A stretch of DNA of 12,489 nucleotides from Microcystaceae cyanobacterium. GTDB lineage: Bacteria > Cyanobacteriota > Cyanobacteriia > Cyanobacteriales > Microcystaceae. Below the pieces are notes generated by a model that saw only the letters and a list, made by a program, of their open reading frames with translations, had not been told where the DNA came from and ran no database searches. The stretch covers positions 1 through 12,489 of the forward strand of contig JBGTGT010000013.1 in NCBI GenBank assembly GCA_041746575.1, in the 5' to 3' direction. Both the position numbers and the translations under genes were made by a program. Positions within the stretch are counted from its first letter, which is position 1; each line of letters opens with the position of its first letter. Shown here one piece after another: positions 1 through 7,320 of this stretch.

Positions 1-222
1 TCAAGGGTAATCTTGGGGGTTCCCTATGAAGATTCCCGATTTAATCGAGCAAATTAAGCTTATTTATCCGTGGAAATAACGATTTATTTAGATTTTGAAG
101 AGATTTTATGTCCTTGTAAATACGTCCTGAAAATTACGGGGAATGAAGAGTGAACTTAAGGTCTCTTGCCCCTTTGCGTCGTGATCATTATTGCCGTGAA
201 TAACGAGTCATCACTGATTTAA

Positions 223-240
223 TTGGTAAAGTTTAGTAAA
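223..240 (-). promoter_or_regulatory. HLR1-like (RpaB/OmpR-type) direct repeat
   Basis: Minus strand reads TTTACTAA-AC-TTTACCAA. Each half is 7/8 to (G/T)TTACA(T/A)(T/A) with the canonical 2-nt spacer. Confidence 0.4.
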
Positions 241-323
241 GTAACCACCGACGTTTATCGTAGTGCTTTTATTAAAAGTGATAGTAACTTTAATCTTTAA
301 TTAATTTTACAACCTTAAATTTT

Positions 324-403
324 GGCGTCGCTCAGTAAGTCGTTAATCATAACCATTAACGCTTACAAATTTGCGGTAGATCAACGCTAGAATCAGCAAC
401 GCC
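324..403 (-). repeat. 80-bp element with terminal inverted repeats and an internal hairpin (MITE/REP-like or structured 3' RNA)
   Basis: Ends GGCGTCGCT (324-332) and AGCAACGCC (395-403) are inverted, 8/9. Internal hairpin GTAAG-T-CGTTAAT/ATTAACG-CTTAC at 335-366. Confidence 0.55.
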
Positions 404-434
404 GTTTATTCAACTGAGGTCGTTTTGCCCTGCC

Positions 435-1808
435 TTACCCTTGAGCGCCGGTTAAGCTCAAAACTTGGCTGGTAATCTCCATAGTTTCGCAATAAAGTAC
501 ATCTTGTCCCCAGCGTTGCAGTTGACGACCGAGAAGAATTTCGGTTTTTTGGTCATCTAAGGGGGTAACCTGCTGAATTCGGCAAGCCTGCGCTCCACCA
601 CTGGCTTCCATGCGCATACAGCCCGTTGTTCCCGAACAAATGACCGTACAGCAATCGGCTTGTAAATTGGTCGAGCTTAATTTAATACTAATTAAATCCC
701 CCAAAATTTCACCCCAGTCAGCCATGGGAATTCCGGCCAATTCTGCTTTAACCTGCCGTTGGTCGTGGGTATCAAAAGTAATATGACGAATATCATAGTC
801 TCCTCCTTCGTAGCTATAGCTAATAGGTTTCCACTGTAAGCGACTAGCCACCCACCCCAAAAACATCAACGCTTGAGTGACATTCCCTTTCTCGTAGTCA
901 ATCGTAATTCCATCAATTTCAGGAATGGCATTCCGACGCTCAGGAGGATCGAAGGCTTCGGCGGTGAGTTCTTGCCATGGGGCAAGTCTGCCCCAATTTA
1001 AGTCAGCAATAGGGATATTTTGCATCAATAAACGACTGATACGGTATAAATCCGCTTCAGGTTCTCTAAAAGTGCTTGAATCGATAATTAGGCTGTCACA
1101 GTAATCGGCTAAACGAGTAAATAGTCCGTATTCTGGTTCAGGACTGGCTTTCCACCAAATAAACTTTGGCAATTCAGGGATAACAAGTTCGAGAATTACC
1201 CCGCTAATGCGTTCCAAAGCGGCGGCAGTCCCCCGTAGGGTGACATATTCACAACAAATTAAGGTATTCTGACTGCGTTTTTGGATGGGACAATAAGCTG
1301 AAACTTGGGCTTCTACCCCTTCATCTTCGCCAACCGTCGGACAGAGGGTAATAATGCGACAGGGATTGGCCGCCGCGATCGCATCGGCTAATCCGGCTCC
1401 TTCTAAATCGGGGGTGTAACCTTGAACGATTTTTTCGGCTTTATTAGTTAATTTACCTTCTTCTTTGGCTTTTTCAAATTCTTCTTGCAATTTTTGCAAA
1501 AGTTTCTCGTTTGATTTACCCGTTGCCTCTAAATGATAGGCTTTTTGGGCGGCTTTGATAGCGGCCATGGTACGGGGGCCGGCAATACCATCAATGGGGC
1601 CGGTATAAAACCCTAGAGCCGTTAGCAAAGACTGGGTGGGTTCTGGTTCATACACGAGGAAACTAAAGGTAGTAGCCCGAGTTGCTGATAGTCCGTCTTC
1701 ACCAGTGGCATAAGATAGCCAAATTTGGCGTAATTCAGACTCAATTACCTCAATAGAGACATCCTTTGGAGCTTGCAAAGAGACAATGGGGGGGGTTTGA
1801 GTAGCCAT
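435..1808 (-). CDS. opcA: Glucose-6-phosphate dehydrogenase assembly/allosteric activator protein OpcA, 457 aa
   Basis: Directly downstream of zwf. Has cyanobacterial OpcA motifs RATTFSFLVYEP, NPCRIITLCP, AQVSAYCPI, LICCEY, PKFIWWK and DLNWGRLAPWQELTAEAFDPPERR, plus a PG-binding-like segment near residues 59-107. Confidence 0.97.
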   Translation of the reverse strand: MATQTPPIVSLQAPKDVSIEVIESELRQIWLSYATGEDGLSATRATTFSFLVYEPEPTQSLLTALGFYTGPIDGIAGPRTMAAIKAAQKAYHLEATGKSNEKLLQKLQEEFEKAKEEGKLTNKAEKIVQGYTPDLEGAGLADAIAAANPCRIITLCPTVGEDEGVEAQVSAYCPIQKRSQNTLICCEYVTLRGTAAALERISGVILELVIPELPKFIWWKASPEPEYGLFTRLADYCDSLIIDSSTFREPEADLYRISRLLMQNIPIADLNWGRLAPWQELTAEAFDPPERRNAIPEIDGITIDYEKGNVTQALMFLGWVASRLQWKPISYSYEGGDYDIRHITFDTHDQRQVKAELAGIPMADWGEILGDLISIKLSSTNLQADCCTVICSGTTGCMRMEASGGAQACRIQQVTPLDDQKTEILLGRQLQRWGQDVLYCETMEITSQVLSLTGAQG

Positions 1809-1814
1809 AATCTA

Positions 1815-1867
1815 GTTAATCGTTGATCGTTAATAGTTGATAATTAATTAATGGTTGATAGTTAATG
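1815..1867. repeat. Degenerate heptamer tandem repeat (GTTRATN), STRR-like
   Basis: GTTAATC GTTGATC GTTAATA GTTGATA ATTAATT (AATG) GTTGATA GTTAATG. Confidence 0.8.
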
Positions 1868-1923
1868 TCATTGAACAAGTTTCTAGATTATTATGGGCTA
1901 AATGCCGATTTTACTGTCCGTCA

Positions 1924-1958
1924 TTAACTATTCGCCCTTCACTGTTCACTATTCAATG
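1924..1958. repeat. Degenerate heptamer tandem repeat (TTCACTR-like), opposite orientation to the 1815-1867 array
   Basis: TTAACTA TTCGCCC TTCACTG TTCACTA TTCAATG. Confidence 0.65.
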
Positions 1959-1959
1959 T

Positions 1960-3489
1960 TTAAAGTCTGCGCCAACGACGGCCATCTCGGTTGAGCAAAA
2001 ATTCGGCTTCAGGGGATCCCCACGTTCCGGCTTCATATTGGGAAACGCTATCGGGATTTCCGGCTTCATTCCAAGCGGCTAAGGCAGGCGTCACGACTCG
2101 CCAAGCTTCTTCCACTTCATCAGCACGAGTGAAAAGGGTTTGATCTCCCATCATGGCGTCTAAAAGTAGGCGTTGATAGGCATCGGCGGTGGTTACCCCG
2201 AAAGATGAACCATAGCTGAAATCCATCTCCACTGTTCGAGTACGCAAAGCCGCACCGGGCATTTTTGCTTCAAAACGCAAGGCAATTCCTTCATTCGGTT
2301 GAATTCGCAGACTTAAGATATTAGGATTAGTTTGATGGGCAACGGATTGAAAAATCAAGAGGGGAACTTCTTTAAACTGAATGGCAATTTCCGAGACTTT
2401 TTTCGGTAAGCGTTTGCCCGTTCGGAGATAGAAAGGAACACCCTTCCATCGCCAGTTATCAATCATCAACTTCATGGCGACATAAGTGGGAGTGGTTGAA
2501 AGTGGATTCACGCCCGGTTCTTCGCGGTATCCCGTTACTGATTTTCCTTTCATCCATCCTGCTTTATATTGCCCACGAATGGCGGATTTTTCGAGATTAT
2601 TAACATCTGCAAGACGCATAGCCTGTAAGACTTTGACCTTTTCGTTGCGAATACTATCGGCATTCAAGGCATTGGGGGCTTCCATCGCCGTTAAACCGAG
2701 TAACTGTAAAAGGTGATTTTGCACCATATCCCGCAATGCGCCAGAGGTATCGTAATATCCCGCCCGTTCTTCCACGCCTACGGTTTCAGCGACGGTGATT
2801 TGCACATGATCGACAAATTGGCGATTCCAGAGGGGTTCAAAAATGGCATTGGCAAACCGAAAAACTAAAAGATTTTGAACGGTTTCCTTGCCTAAATAGT
2901 GGTCAATTCGATAGATTTGCTCCTCTTTACAGACGTTTTGTACCACCTTATTGAGAATTTGCGCTGAACTTAGATCTTTACCAAAGGGTTTCTCGATCAC
3001 AACCCGTTGCTTGATCGGATCGTTAATCATTCCCGCCGCCCCAAGATTCTTGATACCGGGGGGAAAGAAATTGGGAGAAACAGAGAGATAAAACACACGG
3101 TTCCCCCTTGTTCCCCGTTTTCTATCTAAATCTTCTAATAGTTCCTTGAGTTTTTGGTAACTTTCAGGATCGTCCATATTACCTGAACAGTAATAGAGTC
3201 CTTCAGCGAAGTCTTGCCATAATTCTTCATTACCAATCCCGTCAGAAAATTCTTCGACGCCTTGGCGCATTTGTTCTCTAAAATAATCATCGCTCCAATC
3301 TCGCCGCGCTACTCCCACGATGGTCATTTCGGGCGATAGCCGTCTTTCTCTTTTGAGGTTATAAATGGCGGGAACAAGCTTACGTTGGGTTAAGTCACCT
3401 GATGCCCCAAAAATGACTAATATAAGGGGTTCTGGGGTTCTCTCTTGCTGGAGTCCGACGCGAAACGGATTTTCTAATACAGTTACCAT
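1960..3489 (-). CDS. zwf: Glucose-6-phosphate 1-dehydrogenase, 509 aa
   Basis: NADP-binding [15 protein letters not shown], active-site [38 protein letters not shown] and RIQPNEG. Confidence 0.99.
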   Translation of the reverse strand: MVTVLENPFRVGLQQERTPEPLILVIFGASGDLTQRKLVPAIYNLKRERRLSPEMTIVGVARRDWSDDYFREQMRQGVEEFSDGIGNEELWQDFAEGLYYCSGNMDDPESYQKLKELLEDLDRKRGTRGNRVFYLSVSPNFFPPGIKNLGAAGMINDPIKQRVVIEKPFGKDLSSAQILNKVVQNVCKEEQIYRIDHYLGKETVQNLLVFRFANAIFEPLWNRQFVDHVQITVAETVGVEERAGYYDTSGALRDMVQNHLLQLLGLTAMEAPNALNADSIRNEKVKVLQAMRLADVNNLEKSAIRGQYKAGWMKGKSVTGYREEPGVNPLSTTPTYVAMKLMIDNWRWKGVPFYLRTGKRLPKKVSEIAIQFKEVPLLIFQSVAHQTNPNILSLRIQPNEGIALRFEAKMPGAALRTRTVEMDFSYGSSFGVTTADAYQRLLLDAMMGDQTLFTRADEVEEAWRVVTPALAAWNEAGNPDSVSQYEAGTWGSPEAEFLLNRDGRRWRRL

Positions 3490-3744
3490 AAACTTTTGAT
3501 TACTCGGTCATTAAATCTTAGTTTAGCCTTAACTTCTAGGTGAGCTAGGAAGTCGTTACAGAAAATTAAGCTTTTGATCAGGGATTTATCAGAAAGAAAT
3601 ATGATGAAATGATGATATTTCAGAAAGCGAAATTAGAGATGGAAAAATGAGGGCATTTTAAAGGTCAGCCCTTTGGCAAGTTCCCACTTATATCAATTAT
3701 TCGTTGCGTCTGAGGATTACTGGCATTTGATAAACTTTATGATA

Positions 3745-4740
3745 CTAGAATTGATCTTGGGATATCTGTAAAAAATCAATTTTGTTGAGGAGAGTTTTCA
3801 CCGCATCTACGATCAGATCGGGCTGATCAATCCAAACAAAATGTCCGCTTTGACTGGCATCAATTTCGAGATAATCCCTCGATAAACTCTTTAACGATGC
3901 GTGCATTGTTTTTCGCAATTGGTTCGCACTTTCAAGCGGAATAAAAAAACTCCAAAAAGACGGTTTAAAAAATGAACTTGCTTTGATACTAATGATCGGA
4001 ACTGTACCCAAATCTTTAGCGATACTCACTTGATGTGCGCTTTGATCTAAATTAACCATCTCTCGACCCATTGTTAACCAGTGTTTTGGACGACAAAAAG
4101 AACGTTTTATACAACTCAGGGAGTCTTCAGAAAAGGAGCGTAACTCTGGTTTTAATAGCTCAAATACTCCCACCCTACTAAGTAGTCGAATAATTCCCAA
4201 TATTGAGCCGAGTATAGATATTCCAAATCCAGAGATGAAAAAGAGTTTCAATGCTTTTAACGAGAGGGACATCTTGAGCATTCCTGCTTCGTGTAGCCCA
4301 TCCGTAAGAACAATTCCAACGACTTTTTGAGGAAACAGATGGGTATAAAGTCGAACATTATAACTCCCAAAAGAATTCCCGACAAGAATGTAAGGAGGAT
4401 AAATATTTGCCTTGGTTAATAGGGTATCTAATTCTTTGACAATTTGTTGGCTATTTCTCGGATGGGGACTAGAATCACTCCAGCCATATCCAGCCCGATC
4501 ATAAATACATACCTGTGCTAGTTTTGATAATTTTTCCTTTAAAAAATATCCTTCAACGCCTCCCAAACTATGATCTATGATGATGGTTGGACTCCCTTTT
4601 CCGACAACGTACAAATGAAGCTTATATTGACCTAAATCAATCATTTGTCCGGGGGGCAATTGTCGATCTTCTAACCCAGTAGCGATCGCTTGATAAAAGG
4701 TCGAAATTAATAGCAGAAGTATCCTAATTGATATGAGCAT
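3745..4740 (-). CDS. Alpha/beta hydrolase fold protein with N-terminal hydrophobic anchor or signal
   Basis: YDRAGYGWS motif, nucleophile elbow G-N-S-F-G and catalytic His in SGHFVW. Start placed at ATG 4740 (MLISIRILLLL); the ORF track extends to a TTG at 4752. Confidence 0.88.
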   Translation of the reverse strand: MLISIRILLLLISTFYQAIATGLEDRQLPPGQMIDLGQYKLHLYVVGKGSPTIIIDHSLGGVEGYFLKEKLSKLAQVCIYDRAGYGWSDSSPHPRNSQQIVKELDTLLTKANIYPPYILVGNSFGSYNVRLYTHLFPQKVVGIVLTDGLHEAGMLKMSLSLKALKLFFISGFGISILGSILGIIRLLSRVGVFELLKPELRSFSEDSLSCIKRSFCRPKHWLTMGREMVNLDQSAHQVSIAKDLGTVPIISIKASSFFKPSFWSFFIPLESANQLRKTMHASLKSLSRDYLEIDASQSGHFVWIDQPDLIVDAVKTLLNKIDFLQISQDQF

Positions 4741-4819
4741 TTGACCTCTCAACTATTAACTGAATGGCGTCAGTAAATCCTAAGAAAGTGATAACGCTTA
4801 CAACAGATAAGTTAAGCTG

Positions 4820-4852
4820 AAAGTAAATTGATAGATTAATTTCGCTATCAAT
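4820..4852 (-). terminator. Possible intrinsic terminator after the DUF3119 gene
   Basis: Perfect 8-bp inverted repeat ATTGATAG (4827-4834)/CTATCAAT (4845-4852), followed on minus by TTACTTT, about 30 nt past the stop. The stem is AT-rich and weak. Confidence 0.35.
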
Positions 4853-4881
4853 CTTTATGCAACCTTATCCTACATCAACGT

Positions 4882-5271
4882 CTAAATCGTTTCATTATTA
4901 ACGTATTGTTCTAAACAAGATTTAAGTGTTTTGGGATCGAAAATAATGGGTAGAAAATGAATACTTTTTACTTCTTTAAAATAAAAAAGAATCGGAATAG
5001 GTTGCCAAAAAATCCGCCAATTTTGCCACTCTTGATAGGGAAAACGACGAATCACTTCTCCTGAACGATAAATCACCAAATCGGTTGGCGTAAATTGTAG
5101 GCGAATAGTCACCGTCTGAAACAGTAAAAAGAGTCCAAAAACGGCTAGAATTAAACTCGCAATTGGTTGCCAAAAAATGAGAGGAATTGCAATTAAAATT
5201 AAAGCAATGGGAATCTTATAACTGGGTGAAAGCTCAACAGGGGTCGAAGTATTTAAAGGGGTAGTCGTCAT
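4882..5271 (-). CDS. DUF3119 family membrane protein, about 129 aa
   Basis: N-terminal hydrophobic hairpin followed by RRFPYQEWQNWRIFW..PILFYFKEVKSIHFLPIIFDP, recognised as the cyanobacterial/plastid DUF3119 signature. ATG 5271 preferred over the upstream GTG at 5334. Confidence 0.85.
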   Translation of the reverse strand: MTTTPLNTSTPVELSPSYKIPIALILIAIPLIFWQPIASLILAVFGLFLLFQTVTIRLQFTPTDLVIYRSGEVIRRFPYQEWQNWRIFWQPIPILFYFKEVKSIHFLPIIFDPKTLKSCLEQYVNNETI

Positions 5272-5362
5272 CGCAATTTTAGATTTTAAATCATTACTTT
5301 TATTTATAGCGTTTCTGAAAGGATTAAGATCCACTTAATTGGAATTTTCAACTCCCGACTTT

Positions 5363-5815
5363 CTAAAAAGGTCTATCAACGAATGTTTCAAGCTCTACCT
5401 CAGAAATCTTCATCTCCTTCGCTAATTCCCTTAAAACCTGCCATTCTGTTGGACAAATTGTTTGATCTGCTTTTGCCACTACCAATGCCATCCGCAATAA
5501 TAACAGGGCTAGTTCTCGATCTTCTGCTAAAGGATGACTTAATTTCAGGATTTCTTTTCGTGCTTTTTTAGGATTTTCTGTTAATTTTTCGCCATAAATC
5601 CGAAATAACTCCACCGCTTCACCCACATCAAACCCCTGAAGTTGGCCAATTCTCTCAATCACGTCATCTCTTGCCATTAATTCTGCAAAACTGACACTCC
5701 CATCAGCGATCGCTAATAAAGCCGTTGAAGCCATTGCCGCTTCTAAAAACTGTTGATTACGGTAGTCTCGGTCATAGTGGCTCAGAAAAGCATTAAAAGC
5801 ATCTAGAATTCCCAA
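5363..5815 (-). CDS. TerB-like (tellurite resistance TerB family) helical protein, 150 aa
   Basis: Two TerB-type motifs, AIADGSVSFAE and AKADQTICPTE. The TTG start has AAGGAGA (5821-5827 on minus) just upstream. Confidence 0.8.
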   Translation of the reverse strand: MGILDAFNAFLSHYDRDYRNQQFLEAAMASTALLAIADGSVSFAELMARDDVIERIGQLQGFDVGEAVELFRIYGEKLTENPKKARKEILKLSHPLAEDRELALLLLRMALVVAKADQTICPTEWQVLRELAKEMKISEVELETFVDRPF

Positions 5816-5820
5816 AAAGT

Positions 5821-5827
5821 TCTCCTT
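5821..5827 (-). promoter_or_regulatory. Shine-Dalgarno sequence for the TerB-like gene
   Basis: AAGGAGA lies 5 nt upstream of the TTG start at 5815. Confidence 0.65.
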
Positions 5828-5839
5828 ATTCGTTTCATT

Positions 5840-7042
5840 TTAAGAGACGACTTCCTTTAAACCCTCTATTAACGGTTGCATCATCCAATTTAACCCAACG
5901 GTGACTTGATGGCTGAAAGTGGGTAAACGATAGAGATAAATCAAGCGTCTGGCTAAATAAGCGGGTAAACCCGATACTTTTAAGCCTAAACCGCTCAGTG
6001 TAGCATCATCAACCCCCAAGGTTAGCATTTCTCCTAAGGGTTGATATTTAAAAGATAATAGGGGTTTTCCCGACAAACTTGCCCAAATATTCCACGCACA
6101 ATAATCAGACTGTTGAAAGGCGACTTGTGCCGTTGCAGGTAAGGAATTTCCCTCTTGATCGTAGCAGTCTGCCACATCCCCTAAAGCATAAATTTCGGGA
6201 TGCTCGGGGATTTGTAAATAAGAATTAAGGGTTAATTGACCTTTTTTAGAGTGCGCTAAGGACAAATTTTGAATCATGGGTGAAACTTGCGTCCCTACCG
6301 TCCAGATAACAATATCTACAGGAATTGGGTCTATTTTACCTTTATATTGCAGAAAAAGGGTATCCGCCGTCATTTCCGTGACTTCCGTTTCTAAATCTAT
6401 CCAGATCTGACGGTCTTCCAAGGCGGATTTTGCGGTTTCTCGGTTAAAGTTAGGAGAAGTAGATAAAATTTGGTTTCCCCTTTCAATGATGCGAATCCTA
6501 CCTCTATCTCCGAGTCTATCTGCTAATTTACAGCCTAATTCAACCCCACTATAACCCCCTCCCACAATCGCAATTCGTATTTTCTCTTGATTTGATTGTT
6601 CAAGTAATCGTAATCTATCCCCCAAACGATAGGCATCTTCTAAGGTTTTAAAGGGAATAGCATGCTCTTTTGCCCCAGAAACGATATTTAAAGGAGTGTC
6701 TCCTCCCATGGCAATGACTAAGCAATCATAGTTAACGGTATCACCCGATTGTACTTGTACGGTGCGAGACTTAACATCAATCCCCGTTACTTGATCTTGC
6801 TGAAAGCGAATTGAAGTATTAGCAAGTATTTGGCTAAAGGGAGGCGCAATTTCCCAAGTTTGTATCTCTCCTGTCATCAATTCATATAATAAGGGCGTAA
6901 ATAAAAAGCGATCGCTTTTGTCAATCAAGGTAATCTGGGGCATTTGTTCGGATTGCCAAGGAAATTGACTGAGGCGTAAGGCGGTATAAAGTCCACCAAA
7001 ACCACCCCCTAAAATGCCAATGCGGGTTGCTGATTCACTCAT
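5840..7042 (-). CDS. ndbB: Type II NAD(P)H dehydrogenase family flavoprotein, NdbB-like (probable demethylphylloquinone reductase), about 400 aa
   Basis: Two Rossmann motifs (ILGGGFGGLYTAL and IVGGGYSGVEL), YALGD, TAQVAFQQSDYCAWNIWA and ARRLIYLYRLPT, resembling Synechocystis NdbB/plant NDC1 as I recall them. Start placed at ATG 7042 (MSESATRIGI) rather than the GTG at 7102. Confidence 0.85.
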   Translation of the reverse strand: MSESATRIGILGGGFGGLYTALRLSQFPWQSEQMPQITLIDKSDRFLFTPLLYELMTGEIQTWEIAPPFSQILANTSIRFQQDQVTGIDVKSRTVQVQSGDTVNYDCLVIAMGGDTPLNIVSGAKEHAIPFKTLEDAYRLGDRLRLLEQSNQEKIRIAIVGGGYSGVELGCKLADRLGDRGRIRIIERGNQILSTSPNFNRETAKSALEDRQIWIDLETEVTEMTADTLFLQYKGKIDPIPVDIVIWTVGTQVSPMIQNLSLAHSKKGQLTLNSYLQIPEHPEIYALGDVADCYDQEGNSLPATAQVAFQQSDYCAWNIWASLSGKPLLSFKYQPLGEMLTLGVDDATLSGLGLKVSGLPAYLARRLIYLYRLPTFSHQVTVGLNWMMQPLIEGLKEVVS

Positions 7043-7320
7043 AATTAAAAGGTTGGAGGAGGATAACGATTCTATATTATGACGTAAATCTGAGAATTTC
7101 ACAGACTGGCGGAAAAGTGTTCCTTGTTATATCAACCTCGTTTATTGGTAAATAAGCTCATTAGGGCGTATATTAGGGATTATTCAATTTCAGTCGTGCT
7201 AATTTACCGCGCCGATTGATAACAGAGACATTTATCCCTAAAAAAGGAACAGAGATCGCTTTAGAATCTATCTTTTAGATAGAACAAGATCTAATCATTG
7301 TATTCGCTAAATCTTAAACC

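Noticed and set aside
155..200. Minus-strand GGCAA...GACGCAAAG resembling the c-di-GMP-I (GEMM) riboswitch core
   Set aside because: The spacing is too short, there is no GNRA-capped stem between the motifs, and no convincing downstream receptor helix. An Rfam scan would settle it.
324..403. Glutamine (glnA-type) riboswitch, suggested by a CGUUG...CRACG closing stem and three-way shape
   Set aside because: The conserved GGAAGUA/GAA E-loop nucleotides are missing and the element lies 3' of a gene. Kept only as a generic structured element.
1855..2082. 75-aa plus-strand ORF
   Set aside because: Antisense to the zwf 3' end and runs through heptamer repeats; no recognisable motif.
2486..2716. 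76-aa plus-strand ORF
   Set aside because: Antisense shadow inside zwf.
3596..3621. GAAATAT-N12-ATATTTC inverted repeat with TGATGAT, vaguely Fur/Zur-box-like
   Set aside because: Does not fit the 7-1-7 TGATAAT-N-ATTATCA spacing and is expected by chance in AT-rich DNA.
4976..5173. 65-aa minus-strand ORF
   Set aside because: Alternate frame nested within the DUF3119 gene; no supporting features.
5383..5571. 62-aa plus-strand ORF
   Set aside because: Antisense to the TerB-like gene.
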